From: Callorhinchus milii
Taxonomy: Eukaryota
Direction: 5' to 3'
Assembly (NCBI RefSeq): GCF_018977255.1
Contig: NW_024705381.1
Span: 1 to 50,136 of the forward strand
DNA: 50,136 nt
Shown here: one piece after another, positions 24,501 to 39,500 of the stretch
How the letters are laid out: each line of letters opens with the position of its first letter
Position numbering within the stretch: position 1 is the stretch's first letter
Translations under genes and position numbers: made by a program
Notes under the pieces: generated by a model
What the model saw: only the letters and a program-made list of their open reading frames with translations
Told to the model about the DNA's origin: nothing
Database searches by the model: none

Positions 24501-27500
24501 ACGGCCATCATTTGGCTGCGGAAGGAGAGGTTCTTCGTTTTCTCGATGACCTGCTGGTACGGCGACACTGCGTTGTTGCCCATCACCACGTGGCCCTGCA
24601 AGGCAACAGGTGACAGCGCATTTAACGTCCGCAAACAAGACACGTGACTGACGCTGGAAGAAGCCGACGAGCTATGAAGCTCGTGTCCAGCCCCAGTGTC
24701 CAGCCCCAGTGTCCAGCTCCAGTGTCCAGCCCAAGCTGCAATATTAGTGACAATTACACACGAAGAGCGCACTTACACCATAACAACACATACACAGCAA
24801 ACACACAATTAACTACAGTGACTACACCATACACCGCACACAATCACAGAGTGATTACACTCCACAACATGTACAGAATTAACCACTTGGCGATTATACG
24901 ACAGAGTAACCACACACAAAGCAAACCACAACCACAGTGACCCCACTACACAAAGCAACTACAACGACCACACGAGAAGCAGTAACCAAACATACAGCAA
25001 CGACACCGTAGTATTTTAAGAGACGCACAGGCCCCAGCTCTCAAACACAGCGAGGAATTATAGTCATAATAATCCTTGCATTTATATTGCGCCCATAATG
25101 TAAGTAAGCATCAACGATCAGTGCAGAGTTGTAGTTTTTCCGAGCCTAGGTGAACCCCCGGATGGAAGCTGACCCCGAGTGGCACAAAGTGACTCATTAA
25201 CGAACTGCAAATGGGTATATCTGCCAGAAGGGGGCAATGATTGCAATGTGTAATCTTGAGTCATTTCTGAATAACATGGCAATTAAGGATCCCTCCCTTT
25301 GATGCTGCTAATTCTACATAATGCACGGGCATAATATGACTTTGAAAACCCCCCGCCCACCTCCCACGCATTTCACAATTAGCACTATTCGCATTCCTGC
25401 ATTTCCCATAAATATGCTAAATTCCTCTTCAAATGCAAATTATTTTGTCAAGGCTCTCTTCCTCCTCCCTCACAGCTTAAATAGACACTCCAAGCCTAAG
25501 ACGTGTCATTTAGACTCTGTCTTATCGACAGACATGTTCTTCACCTGAGGACGGCTGCTTGCGTTGTGGCCGAAACGTCGTGAGAATTATTTTATTATGT
25601 TTTATTTTTATTATTTTATTACTTCCCTACTACGTGACTTTACCGAAAGAACCAAGAAGACACACCTAGCCCAGTGGCTCTGACACAGCCATTCTGAATG
25701 CTGGAATAGTAAAAAAAACCCTCCCATCATATCAAATTTGGTTCTGCACTTAATTTCGTTAAATTACAGCTCAGCGCCACAGCAAATTTTAAAAAATGTC
25801 AGTTTATCACACGAGCATTAATCTACGTGGCAGGATCAATAGGAAAGTGCTTCCCTCGACTGTGTAGACCCGAGATCACTTAAAGGGATCTCAGAGGCAG
25901 CTCTGTGCTATCCACTTCAGTGGGCCATTTTCTACCGCAGAGGGTTTGCACTGCTCTGCAAGAGATTCGAATGGACTCGACAAAGACGAGCACTGCATCG
26001 CGCGCTTTCAAATGTGCTTCTGCGGCCATCTGGAACGCTCTTCCTTCCAATATGAGGAAGCGAGCTATGCACTTTTAAATCGAGATTGAAAACTCATTCA
26101 TTTCGAACTGCTTTTTGTGTTTGATTTGCGGTCCTTCCCCCGCACCTCCGATAAGCACAGTTGGCTACGTACGGTGCGAAAGAAGTTCAACATGCATACG
26201 TACGTACATACACACATACATGATGCAATACCCATAGCACAAGTGGGTGAAAGTGGGGCAGGGGAGGTGGGGGGGTGGCGGGGGCAGGTGGGCGGGGTGG
26301 GTGGGTGCTCAAGGTCTGCACCAGCTTCGAGTCGATCTTGGCATCGAGCCGGGCGTTCCGGATCAGATTCACGATCCAACGCTCCGCCTCCTCCGGGGAC
26401 ATGTTCAGCTTGTCCGCGAGCATGCTAAACACGGGGGACAAGTGGAGGCACAGGGGAGTTATATCGAGGGATACGTGGGGACACATGGGGAGAAACAGAC
26501 ACAGATGTACACGTGGTGGGGGCTACATGGGGTAAACACAGAAGACGGACATGGGGACAAGTGGCGATGCAAAGAGATGCACAGGGAGAGACATAGAGAT
26601 GTGACACAGAGATGCATGGGGAAGTACATGGAAGGGCACATAGTAAGGACACCTTTGTAAACACGTGGGGTATGCACGGGGACACAGGGGAACACATGGG
26701 TATGAAGAGGACGCGTGCACAGGGAGTGCGAGGATGCATGGGAGACGCACTGGGGATTGACAGGCGCGAATGTTATTTGATGCTCTCTTTCGGCATTCAC
26801 ATTTTTGACGCAGCTGATGGGCATTAACGTCAGCCGACGGGAGCGCTGCCTGCAATGCGGCGCGACGCGTAGCGACTCCGCACTGTTTGTGGGTGGCTGC
26901 TGCTTAATGAGGACATGCTTTGCTGGAGAGTCTCAGCCAATGTTGAAACCGAACCAAGGTGCCTTATTTCATAAACGATGCACGAAGACTGTAAACGTTG
27001 GAACAACATCGACAATTATATTGAATGTTACTTTTAAGGCATTTGAACAAAACTTCTCAGCTCTTCAGTTACTTTCAAACACTGGACGTGGGACCATCAC
27101 CTGGAGTGACACACAGCTGTGTCGACAAGGCAGACACGGAATGGANNNNNNNNNNNNNNNNNNNNNNNNNNNNNNTTACTGTATATACCACGAATCGCAC
27201 ACATGCCAACACAGTTCTATTGCCAGCCGTTAGGACATACCTGCACGATCTAATGGGCTGACGAAACGGAACGAGAGTCTTTCACTTTACACATTGTCGT
27301 GGGTTTCCGTTATGTGAGTGGAAATGCGTTTTATCGAACATTAGAATAGTCAATAGGGATTTAACGTGTGGTTTCTCACTAGTCAAGCTACAGGGAGTGC
27401 GTCTTTTAGCTTCCGAGTTATCGCCGAGCAAAGTTTTTCGGGTCCAAGCCGGAGTCCCCCTGTCGTCCTCCTGCAGATATCGAGCCCGAATCTCTATTAG

Positions 27501-30500
27501 GGATCTGTCCGTTCTTTTTCCCATTATAAGTCGTTTCTTTCAATATCCCTAACTGGCGGGTGGGCGAGTCAGTGAGTCATAATGAACACTGTTAGCGGAA
27601 GACCCAGGCCCGCCACCCAAACGACCGTGGACATAAATAATACGTCTCTGAACTATTAGTGGCCACACCTTGCTAGAGCGTGTGAAGATACTTTCTCTTT
27701 TAGAGCCCCGGTATGTGGATCGGCTAGTGCCCGGCGCTTGACACAAGTATGATAAATAGCCCCCGACGTATGGGACGGTAAAATCACGTTCCTCATGTAC
27801 ACTTGACAGAAAAAGCGGGAATTAATCCCAGTCGAGGAACTGCCTGGTCGAAAGACCGGTTATTCGACCAGACGTGGATAAAGACACTCCAGGTTTTCCG
27901 CGTTGGTGGCTGGGCCCAGTAGTTAGTCTCAAATGACATATCTTCTATTATTTATGCTATGTTCGCGGGCGGAAGAGGGATTGTGCGAAACGCTGTATGT
28001 AAATAACTAAGCTAAGATGTGTTCATGAAGATGGTTGCCTAATAGGGCTATGAAATTATTTTATAAATTTAAACCTTATTTCTTATAGGCCTCCATTCCA
28101 GGTATCAGAAGTCCGCCAGCCGGAACATATTCGGGTTCCACAGTTTTTGATCTGTTAACGTGTATCTAGATGCGGCAGACCAATCGCTCTGCCTACATCA
28201 CGATAAAATCAATTAACAAACCTCTTCGAGGGACCGTCGGTAGGTTGACCCTTTATTCCATTGGGTGGTTGCTGCGCACGAGCGTCCTGTCCGCCCCCTG
28301 TTGTCGGGGGTTGTAGCGGCTGGAGGACCTAGACGGTGCACCTGTCGAGGTATCAGGGGCTCTGATTCACAGCTTCTACACCAGGAAAGCCCTAGGGTAG
28401 ATCTGTCAGCTAGCTATTATCCGGCCGACCGCTGTGTACCAATCGTTACGTCACTGCCGCTACATAACGGAATGCCACCCGCTTATTAACCCTCAGTTGC
28501 CATAGCACAGATGTCTCTAGGCAGAGTAAAATAGGCGGCCTCAATAGACACTGAGGACGTTGGCGCGCTATAAGGCCAAATTGCCTGCTACAGTTCTTTG
28601 CGACCATATGCGTTCGCTTACCTTGACTTGACACCTGAATTATAGTGATGCACTTTAGTGCATCAAGATTACGCTCCGAATCGAACATTGGGCTTATGAG
28701 TGTATTAGAGTATTGGTCATCAAAATATGATCAAGCGAATGTCGATGCGTCATTACTCACTACACGCAGGGACCAGGATTTTCCAGTAATCGAGTAACAA
28801 GGTTACAGGCTTCAAGCTCCACTCCACGCCTGCATCGCTAGAGAAAGGCGACCCCTATACGGTAAAAGCGCAGTCCCATCTTTGTCTATTGGCTGAACAT
28901 GTAGCCCACAGATACGCGGGGTAGGTGAGCCGAGCAAGTTGGGTGGACACGCGCCCGAAATAGAGGACCAGACATCCACCTGGCTCGTAAAAAAGACGAT
29001 GATCAACTCTGACGAATTTGATGCCGCCCCATGACGATAGAGAGGAGACGTGAGATGTTAACATCCTCTGCGCAGCGGAACGTCTTGGCGATCTACCGGT
29101 TCAAGTCCTTACAACGATTGTGTGTGGCGATACTAGGAGACGTTTGTTCCATTCACGTTCATTTACGCGTAAAAAGCGTCTAATAGGTACTAGAGCTAGT
29201 CACGTGAAATTTAAATATGTCCGTTACCTTTGTACAGCAGTAGGAAAATGAGGTATCAATAGAAAAGATATAGGCGTGATGCGATTAATAAAAAGAGTTT
29301 AGCGATCAAATGTTGAGAGCGTTTTTAGATTAGCCTCTTCTCCTCTTCGGCGAGTTACGTCTGTGTTATCGTAAGATCTAATTAGGTTCTTCAAGCCTAA
29401 TCTGACAGCAGGATTACATTTACCCCACAATAGACACTCGCTTGCGTCGCGTATTTCAAAACTTAACATTGCGTAATGCTCTCTCAGGGCATAGACTCTT
29501 GATCGTCATATAAAAGAGTAGTTCCCTAGGCTGCTTTTGGTGGCAGTCGCCGGGCCTATCTTAAGTTAGAATTGTCGCCATCGATTACACGCAGCGCCTA
29601 CCAGTACCAGTCGGTGGTAAACTGCTTCGTAGGGGGTCATCATGTAAGTGCTATAAGGGTTTGTAAACATGAAGGTAGTGCGCCGATTTCCTGCAAACTA
29701 CCGCTTGATCGCCCACTTGCGGCAGGCGACGCGTAAGCGCTTCTGTCTCGGGCTGCTGCCGTGCCCTCGAGGTCTAGATCATCATATGGTTTCTTATCGG
29801 CTGAAAGAGTTAGAGGATGAGGCCTGAACTAAATTACTCCCGTTGACAGTCAGGATCTTGGGGTCAGTTTTAGGGGTGAATGAGAAATCAAAACTTGTGT
29901 CTATCGACGTAACATACCGTTATCACGACTGTCGGTCCTCACGGGGCGACTATGGATCTTATCTGACTCTGACTACGAGAGCAATTATCTCCAGGGAAGC
30001 TAGGCCACTTGCAATGTAGTGATTAATGTCCGTAAGGAATATGGGGTTTGAAACGAGCAATTGCGCCAAAGTTTATCATCTTAACACAAGCCCTGGGCAG
30101 AGGGGAAGGCAGAGCGGAGTCGTTGATCCCGAAGCGAGACTATGGATACATCGCTCCCTGGACATAGGATCATTACTCTATAACGCAGGACATGTCACCT
30201 GAAAGTAACTTGTTATATTGACCTATTGCGTACCTTGGGCCTTAAAGTAGCTCTGCGTCATACGCCTCGGATGAATGACCTAGCGAATAATATTGGGTAG
30301 GGGCCAATGGATATGGGATGCTATATTATTTGGTAACAACCTCTAGCTGAATAGGGGCCTGAGTCTCCTTTCCGTATGTGAGCGTGTAGCTATCCTTGCT
30401 AGAGTTCCGGAGCTCTCCGGGCACTTAAAGCCTTTTAAAATTTTCTAAACATGGAACGACTCCCCGAGTTTTGAGCCTAATACTCCAGCATCTGTCGCAG

Positions 30501-33500
30501 GGTGCGCTGCTCTTTTTCCTTTAATTCCGAGCTCGAATATTGAACCATCACAACATGACAGCCGTCCGCTACATCAACCCAGCTACCACAACAGACTCTG
30601 ACAGCCCGCCTTGTCATGCGAAGTCGAGTCCCATTCGACGCCACGGTTCGTAGCATGGACTGCCGACAAGTCCTCCTTCAGAACTTCACTTGGCGTTACG
30701 TATGTGTTTCCGCCCCATGCGGCATGAGTTAGCCTTCTATTTGGTAGAACTGATTATAAGTTCGTGGGAGTTCTAAGCTTGCGCCATAAGCGAACAAAAC
30801 TAATAACCGTCAGAAGTCATACACAAACCCAAATTGTAAGGATAGTTACGCTAGCTCTGGTAAATTAGCGGATAACCTGTCGACTGGAGACGGCCGGAGA
30901 GTCATCTAAGTGCCCCAAAATGCTATATAGAATCGAAACACAGTACGGACGTCAGGTCGCGGTTAATGCGCAAGTCAGAACAATGATACCATTCTTAGGC
31001 TGTGCACTGAGCTCAAAGCGCACGCGGCAGAGTGCAGAATGGCGTAATAGGGCCTTCTACTGGAGCCATGCACCGAAAACGCGACTACTAAACTTTGCCA
31101 CCCTACCTGCGCTTATCTTTTGAGATAGAGTCAAGTTGAACCTGTTGATGCCGTTCCCATATACAACCTTCACTCAGTTACGGACTGGCTAAAAGTACGA
31201 GTGATGGACTAGTCCCCGCAGGAGCCATAGCATTGCAGCATACTGACCCCCCATTCACTTTTTTTTAAGCTCACTAAGGAAAGCCTAATGTACGCGTGGT
31301 GAGCAAGCAAGGCGTATAGCAATACTCATTCCCAGCCAATATGCGGAAGAGTGCTTTGGTGGACATTTCTAGTATTCTGGGCTGGTTCAAGCCGACCCGT
31401 ACCTTTGCGTATTCTTCGCCCGGATCTGAAATCAGCAGGGGCATCAGGTGTCCCAGACACTTTGGGAGTTTTATTCGGAGTCAGAATCATAATTCTTATC
31501 ATGTGGCACGATGATTTCATCTAACAACAATCCGGCTAGTTACTTACCGTGTCGGCTAGTTAGGCATCCAGGTGTGCCGATGATCTGACCGTGACTATTT
31601 CGGGATGATCTGATAAAGGCAACGATCGGATTCCTTGGCACGGATGCGGAGGGGGTAATAACTAGTAGACAGTATGTGGGATTTCAATCGCTTACACAAT
31701 GTAGACGGATGGAGGTGGGTATGGTGGTTGGTTTTAACTCACGCTCGGCGCAGCAGTCCTTACATCTGTAAAGACCGTATCGTTAGCTGTTCACTGCCCT
31801 AAAGACGAGGGGATTGGCAATTTCGTCCATAGCTCCTGTCTTTTTCACAGGCCAGATAAATCAAATCACGGATATAATGGGTATCCTAGTGCAATTCAGC
31901 CCTTGATGGAAGGCGATGGCAGCCATGCTGTGTTGATGCCCCCCGCAGTCTTGCATTAGAGAACATTAAGAGTCCCCTCCTCGACGCCCTCCGGGCGTGA
32001 GCGCGGTCAGAGGTTTTGCGTCATTCCTGTCCCAGATACGACTAGGCGAGGTCAATAAATAATACTGCGCAATTTCGGGAGGAGGGCATGCAGAAGTCTT
32101 AGAATGTCAGAAAGACGCAATTCACGACCTACGGCCACGTAAGGTTTTATCAAATGGCTCGAAAGGATGATTGCGCAATGAAGTCGCGGAAGAGGATGCT
32201 CCTGAGTCCATGCCGTTCCTCAAAGCATATGATCAATCCTCTCCGTGGCACTATTGCTGATCTCAGGGGCCCCTAGCAAAAAGGGGTTAAATAGTGTTCA
32301 ATTATAAAGTCGTGACGCAGGATAGAGAGGAAGGCGGTTTGAAATATCTAGAGGTGCGATGCAGTGCTCGATGTGCATATGATGCTCCCCACGCGCACCG
32401 GGCGCAGGACTCTACGCCTTGCATGAGTTAACCCTATACTGTATAGGTTAAGCCCATGGGATGACCCCTCTCAGTCAGTTCTATTCCGTGTCGATAAGTC
32501 GAGGCCCCACCAATGAGTTGCCGAGGTCTCAAGTCGCATTTTCTAGAGCCATGAGGAGGTTTGCGACAAACTGTGATAGACGCCATTGGATCGGGTAGGT
32601 GATGGGGATAGAGCTGGCTGCTAATCTGGATGGCCTCCAGAGCGTTCCCTCGAGATCCGCGTTTCATCGTCACGGTTGGGTTTCTAACGGAGCGTTACTT
32701 TAGCTCGTCCTTGGGGTTCATGAAAGCGGAACCCATAAATGCACGAAATTCCTACTGCCGAGGGTGGCTTGTCCCACAAATCTGTCTCGCAACAAAGAGC
32801 TTCTGGTAGGTACTAATCTAAGCACTTAACTTGGGAATGGTGTGTGTCTAAGTAGCCTCAGACTAGGCTGCTGCCAAGGCTTCTATTGGCTCTTTCGTAA
32901 TGCGATTCATCATCCTTGTACTCGTTATCCTAAAACCGAAATATCTCGTAGAAGCTTGACAGTTCGAGATCAAGATGGGGGTTCCCATAGGATCTACTAT
33001 CAGTATCAAACTAGCTAATGGCCTCGTCAAACTACTTTGGGGGTACCGAGCTCGTGTTGGATGTTGGTATCGTTGTTAATCGTAAATGGCCCAGGCGAGA
33101 TATCTCATGCAAACAGGCGGAGTACCCCCGTCTAAAACGTAAGATACTCGGAGTCTCGTGGTTACAAGGTTGTGGCGTGCTATGGGAAGGCAGCCTGCCC
33201 ATCCAGAATACGGCGATGGAAAATACACTGGCATTGCCCGGGTACTCGACAACGTTCTTTAACTACTATCATTTGTGGAAGAGATGACAACAAAAAACCA
33301 GACTAGTACTTCCTAGTCAGTTAATCAACACGCACTGATTGTCCGCATATTCCTAAGGCTGACTTATGGGCTAGGTTGTACATGCGCCTCGACTGCGATT
33401 ACAGGGCATCGGGTCAGCGTGCGAGGAGGTCAGAGGGTGCCTAAAATGGGTCGCGGAATGGCAGTTGTCACATATATGGATCATATAGAGTGATACTTAG

Positions 33501-36500
33501 CTCTGTTGTACCTTACAGGATACGAATCCGGCGGTGAATGCTGCATATTTTCGGAACATGATTGATACCGCTTGTACTTGAGTCGTTGCGAGATACGGCA
33601 ACTGGTCAGGCCGTTGCCTTATGAATTCATGAGGCGCTACCTAGTTATGTAGTGTACGCGGCCAATGGTGCAAAAATTGAACACACTTAATTAAGGGATC
33701 TTTCGTCATTTTTAACTTTAGCGAATATCTCCATGATTAGAGTATAATTGGACTGTTTCTGATCAAGGACATACACAATAGATGTAAAGGTCTTGATATG
33801 CCTATGGGATTATGTAGAGAGGACGCTCCTAACGCTGCCGTCCAGAGGCGGCAGACCAGGAGTGATCACTGATCCCTTACTGGTTTAAAACAACCACGAG
33901 CCGTGGAAAGGTCATACTTTTATAGCCTGTTACTTACGATTAAGTGTGACCGATAGTGCCGAACATTCCTTCCTCCCGTGGAGAAGGTTGAAGCCAAACA
34001 TGAGCATGTGTTCGGCACCCTGCCGGAGACGCCACCGGCATTCACCACGGAACTTCTGGAGCGTCGCCGAGGGCGTCTAGTTAACAAATTTGCGGGGTGA
34101 TTTCAGTCTGAAGGATGCGATAGGCTGTTTGTAATAGGGAGGGCGAGAAAACCCTTGTTTATGCGAGCGGTTCTCGATTGGGACCATATGGCTCCATCCG
34201 AGTATTCAGAACTGCGGCTAATAGTGCGATATGTTGAACCTAGTGCACACGATTCAGGCTTGAACGCCTGCGGGATATGATTAAGTCGGTACAAGCACGC
34301 TTCCGATAGCGTCTACTTTCACTGTATCGGCCCCGGGGCCCGCATGACGATGAGTCCCGATTTGGACTAGTTATAGACAATCAAGAAAAGACCATCTCTC
34401 AGAGGACGGGTGGTCTGCCACCTGTGTCTTGTTATTTACCCGCCATCTCTAACAGAATCGGGAGTGACGAAAGAACCCCATCCAATTCCGCTGATGCTTA
34501 GTACATGCGGAGACGAACCGCAGCGGATCTCCAGGAGCGATTTTCTCATAAATCGGTAAAAGGTTTACGTCATCTGAAATTCCGCGCAGCGGTCCGGCTT
34601 TGGGGGATAGCGCGCGCGCGCATACACTCAGGGTAACTGGAATTAAAACTTTTCTTAATCTTTCGGGTCCTGAGAGATATTATAACGTGAAACCTCCAGA
34701 TCATGTCAACCTAACCGGTGTGCCTCAGCTTCATGATGTCACCTCGCTAGACTATTTCGCTATCACTGTAGACTTATCCGTCCAGAAACTTACCTATGTC
34801 GGGGCGGGCGGAATGTACCGCTTAGTGCTACCTAAGTATCGGCCTTTTTCGTATCGGCCGAGACCCCGCAAAGCTATGAACTAGAGGAAAATTATAGATC
34901 GCACCCAGGGCGCTTGCGTTATGAGGAGATAGGTCTTTAATTAGTGTCGGCATGGAAGACGAGACTTCCCCGACCCAGAGTGGCGGAGGCGTATAATTAA
35001 TTCAAAAAGTTCGGTTGCATTAAGAGCCGTCTACATCGTACCTTATATAAGGAGAAGGGGATCATCATGGCATTGGATTTCCCCTTCAAGCGAAGTGGAA
35101 GTTTCGATTAGGGGGAACTCAGATTTCATATGAACGCAGGTGTATGGCGCGCCATTTGAATCATGGGTGAAGCTTTTCAAGCAAGGTACAAAGTTAGTTG
35201 GTCGTAGTGCCCGCGGACACCGTCCGAAAGAAATAACCCCGTAGCGGGGTAGTTTGAGTTATGAATCTCGATCACGAACCCGGTAGTCGGCAGTACGACG
35301 ATTACTTCAAAACATCCTCCACGACCTTTGGAATGTTATTGCCAGGCGTATACCTGTGTAGTTTCCCGGGATAAACAGCAATGGTTGCGTACAAGTGGGG
35401 GCCTCGGAAGGCTAAATTGGCCAACGGAAGCAGCACTATGAAATTTCCCGGGGCTTTCCAACCCAGAGTTCCAAGCGCCAAGTAGCCATAGTGGCGTCCC
35501 GGAACAAGGGTCAAAAGAGTCATTTAAGTCGGTAACCGGGTTTACTCTACGATTACTACGTCTTAGACATCGCAAGTCTGGGTAGTCGTGCCGCGTTATC
35601 ACCTCGTTGGCTCTTTCAATCGCAAAAATGAGGCTTCACCTTACAACTGGCAGCCCTAATCAGGACTCTGAGCTCTTCTAACGCTATGAGAAAGAGTATC
35701 CACTTCGCGAATTGACAAGCCTAATTACAGCACCTCAGTTGACTGTCGTCTGACCATGAAGAGAACACTCATGCTGATGCGGTATTTACGCATATGGGGT
35801 GCTGGTCATACCACATAAAGAGATGTGGAGACCGACTCCGGGTGACGAAGGTACAGCTAGCCGTGACGCGCGCGCGCGCGTGCGCCACCCTTGCCAAGAT
35901 CAACTTTCCACAACAACGATAAAACCCCGGTGACACGGGGACGTTTCAGAAACTCGCTAAAAGGGGGGAACGTAACCCCTGGTTTGATTTAAATGTATTA
36001 TTTCTCTCAATCCGCCCCCCTTTTAAGCCGGCGATCGATGAGCCTGCGAATGCTAGCGCACGTGTGGCCATCGGGGACGTGGAATCTTGGCAAAAGTTGC
36101 CGGGGCGCTTCGAAGGGCGATGCTCGCCGAGGCCAGGCTGGTCTCCAGGGGTGAAGTATGGCAGCGGGGAGGGATGGATGGCGGGAAGGGGAACGCGCGG
36201 TCAATGCCAACGCAGAGCTCGCGGCCAACTCCCAGTCGCAACGCGGGGGGGGGGGTGGGGCAAGCAAACGACTGTAATTTATAAGATATTAAATTACATA
36301 TTTACCCAGGAGAGACACATCTGAGTCAGAAGACTCTTTTACTTGGGGGGGGGAGGGCGGGGGGGTGGATCCCGTTACATTTTAACGTTTGACCAACGGC
36401 AATAACATAAAATTTCGATTTAAAGCTTTCGTGACTGCAGGGATTCATCTTCTTGGTTCTTTCGGTAAAGTCACGTAGAAGGGAAATAATAAAATAATAA

Positions 36501-39500
36501 AATACAATTCTCACGACGTTTCGGTCACAACGCAGGACGGCTGCTTGCGTAGTGGCCGAAACGTCGTGAGAATTGTATTTCATTATGTTTTATTTTTTAT
36601 ATTTTATTATTTCCCTTCTCCGTGACTTTACCGAAAGAACCAAGGCCAATAACATTGTAGCATTCATAGCTACAGCAGGAAACCCCGTTGCAGAACAGGG
36701 GAGAGAATATATAAAACTGCACTCGAAAGGCACCGCGATCAGGAATTGTAACCCAGGCGCTGTTTGCCGTGAAGCAGGAGTGCCAATTTAACACGTAGGC
36801 TTTCGCGACCAATGTTATTCATAATCAACGTTTTTGGGTTTAGATCGCGTTATTTATAAATGTGTCGTAACCCTCCACCACCTGACACGGCCAATCAGTA
36901 AAAAGTGTCACGTTGACAAAAGACAAATAGTTCACTGCTTTAGCCCACCGGTGTGTTGAAGCCACAACATTTTGTACTCAAATTGTAAATGTTGTGGCTT
37001 CAACACACCGGTGGGCTAAAGCAGTGAACTATTTGTCTTTTGTCAACGTGACACTTTTTACTGATTGGCCGTGTCGGGTGGTGGAGGGTTACGACACATT
37101 TATAAATAACGCGATCTAAACCCAAAAACGTTGATTATAGGAGTGCCAACCTGCCGCCTATTGCGCCACCAAATGTGATATAGCAAGTGTTGTAGGCCAA
37201 TGGGTGGAAGAACCTTTCACTTACTGATGGCCACATAGGACTTTCAATTACCGTTGGTGGGCAACCGCACATTAATACGTAAGGGTTAACCAATAGTAGC
37301 GCAAAGAATAACAACGCATGTCGACTGGGTCCATGGAGGCCCTTGCAGTGCCGCAAAGCCTTGCGAAGCTTTGCCTGTGTTGGTGCCACGAGACCTGTCA
37401 ACGCATGGGGCAGCGTGGTGGTTCCAAAAAAGGTACGGCAGCACAGGAAGTGGGTCACTGGCCTGGTGCGAGTCCAGAGGTTCAGAATCGGTGTGACGCA
37501 TGCCAAGACTGAAAGGCGTATAAAAACTTAGTTGCGGCTTTCGTACAAGTTTTTTTAACTGGGCATGTAATGATCCCATCGATTAAAATATATTCTTTCA
37601 CTCAAGATACTTGCATCGAATGGAGTGTGCAAGCTTCTTCACAAGTAATGTAATTTACACGCAAATGTTTGGGTGGAATGGTGGCACGGCGGTTAGTCAA
37701 CCGTGCTATGAACAATGGTGTCCACAGTTTGATTACGGGCCATGGCTAAAATCTGTTGTGAATTTTTTCTGAACTATTCCATGACCAACCTGCATTGACC
37801 GGCATAGTGAAGTATGGTCAAATAACCCACATGACCCAAAACGGCATGAGGAGTCTCAGCCACAGAAGTGCCCTGATTATACATAACAGGACCCTGCGGG
37901 GTGGGCTGGTAGGAATAATACTTAGTACCGGTACAGGGATATCGACCGGGTATAGAGGAGTTAAAGAAAAAAATTACTGTATTCTAGTGTAACGTTAATT
38001 AAAAGTGTTTGTTTGGACAAGAAACGCTGTGAGATTTAAAGACCCCCAACACCACCACCACCCCCACCACCACCTTCTGCACTAGGCCTCGCGAAGCCTG
38101 CCGCACTAGGCCTCGCGCCGTGCTTTTCGTGCACAAATAAGGCAATTAAATGTATCTCGTCTCTGTGTTAATAAATGTTTCTTGTCTCTGTGTTAAAAAA
38201 ACGTGCTGCGTTTCAGTAAAGTAATTTTTTTATACATATAATCATATATACTCTTAGTTCTTTCGGTAAAGTCACGTAGGTAAAAAATGAAATTAAAATT
38301 AATAAAAATAAAATAAAAATCACGACATTGGCTACCACATCCTGATAAGCTCCCCCCCTCTCCTCCCCCTCAACTTGTATTTAAGTGCTTACATCTTGAA
38401 TCATTGCCTCACTTAATGCAGCAAATCTGGCTGTGACTGTCCCACCTGATGACGGAGACTTGTGTTGCCTCCGAAACGTCGTGATTTTTTTTAGTTTTTA
38501 TTGTTTTATTTTTATTAATTTCATTTTTTACCTACGTGACTTTACCGAAAGAACTAAGAGTATGAATCCTTGCAGTCACGAAAGCTTCAAATCTAGAATC
38601 ATATATATAAATAAAAATATCACCACTAGGCTAATGGAATGAGACAGAATACACAAGACACCCAGTAAAAACAGAACTGAAAAGAATACAGTACCGAATC
38701 GAACCGTGACCCAGGAATTGTGACATTTCATCGAATCGCAGGGCCTTGCTAATCACTACGTGCCGATTTAAAAAACCATAGATGATATACGCACGCGCTC
38801 GCCATTCAAAAGGTTATCGCGTATTAACGTACACTTTTTTGGGGGCTGTACACAGAAAATGGAAGACGTTTCATCACCACTGACGGCACTGCCAATTTCT
38901 GCTGTGACCCACTGGCCATGTTGGGAGATTCAATTCGCCATCGACGCGCTCGATCACGTCCGACAGAGGAAGCGGTGCGGGCTTGAGCCTTGCTCGCACT
39001 CATATGGGAACGATCGAGAGGACCAGGTGTTCGAGGCGTGGGTTGTGCCACATAGCCAGATGGAAGCAGGGCAGTGTATTATTGCATCCATCTGTGCGGA
39101 GCTTCGAGTGATACACCCTCCTGCACCCACCCCGTATCCATTTCTCCAGTCTCCTCTCAGAAGCAGCCAAACTCGCAAAATTGGAATTTAACCAAAACTC
39201 CCAAAGCAGCAGGACCCTGCTGAAACAGCAGCGAGGCTCTTCTGGTTAGGTAGAGCTCATTATTATTGCAGGAGGGCTCAAAGTTGGCTCGGCACGAGCC
39301 GACCAAGCATGCCTTGCAGTCGCTTGGAATCCAACTCGTCACTCTAAAAGAGGTTAAGCCAGTGTTTGAAAGTGCAGGGATTGGAGAGGAGGGAGAGGGT
39401 AGTGGTAGGGAGTCAGCAAGAGAGCGCGCTGCGGAGTGGATGAGCGGTGGGGGGGGGAAGGGCGTCCCGTTACGAGCAGCCACGCGAGTAACCCTAGCCA

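Noticed and set aside
27255..27282. ctgacgaaac hammerhead-like word in the random block
   Set aside because: No stem II between CTGANGA and GAAA; chance match
33018..34884. 89-aa and 94-aa ORFs in the featureless block
   Set aside because: Lengths expected by chance; no recognisable motifs
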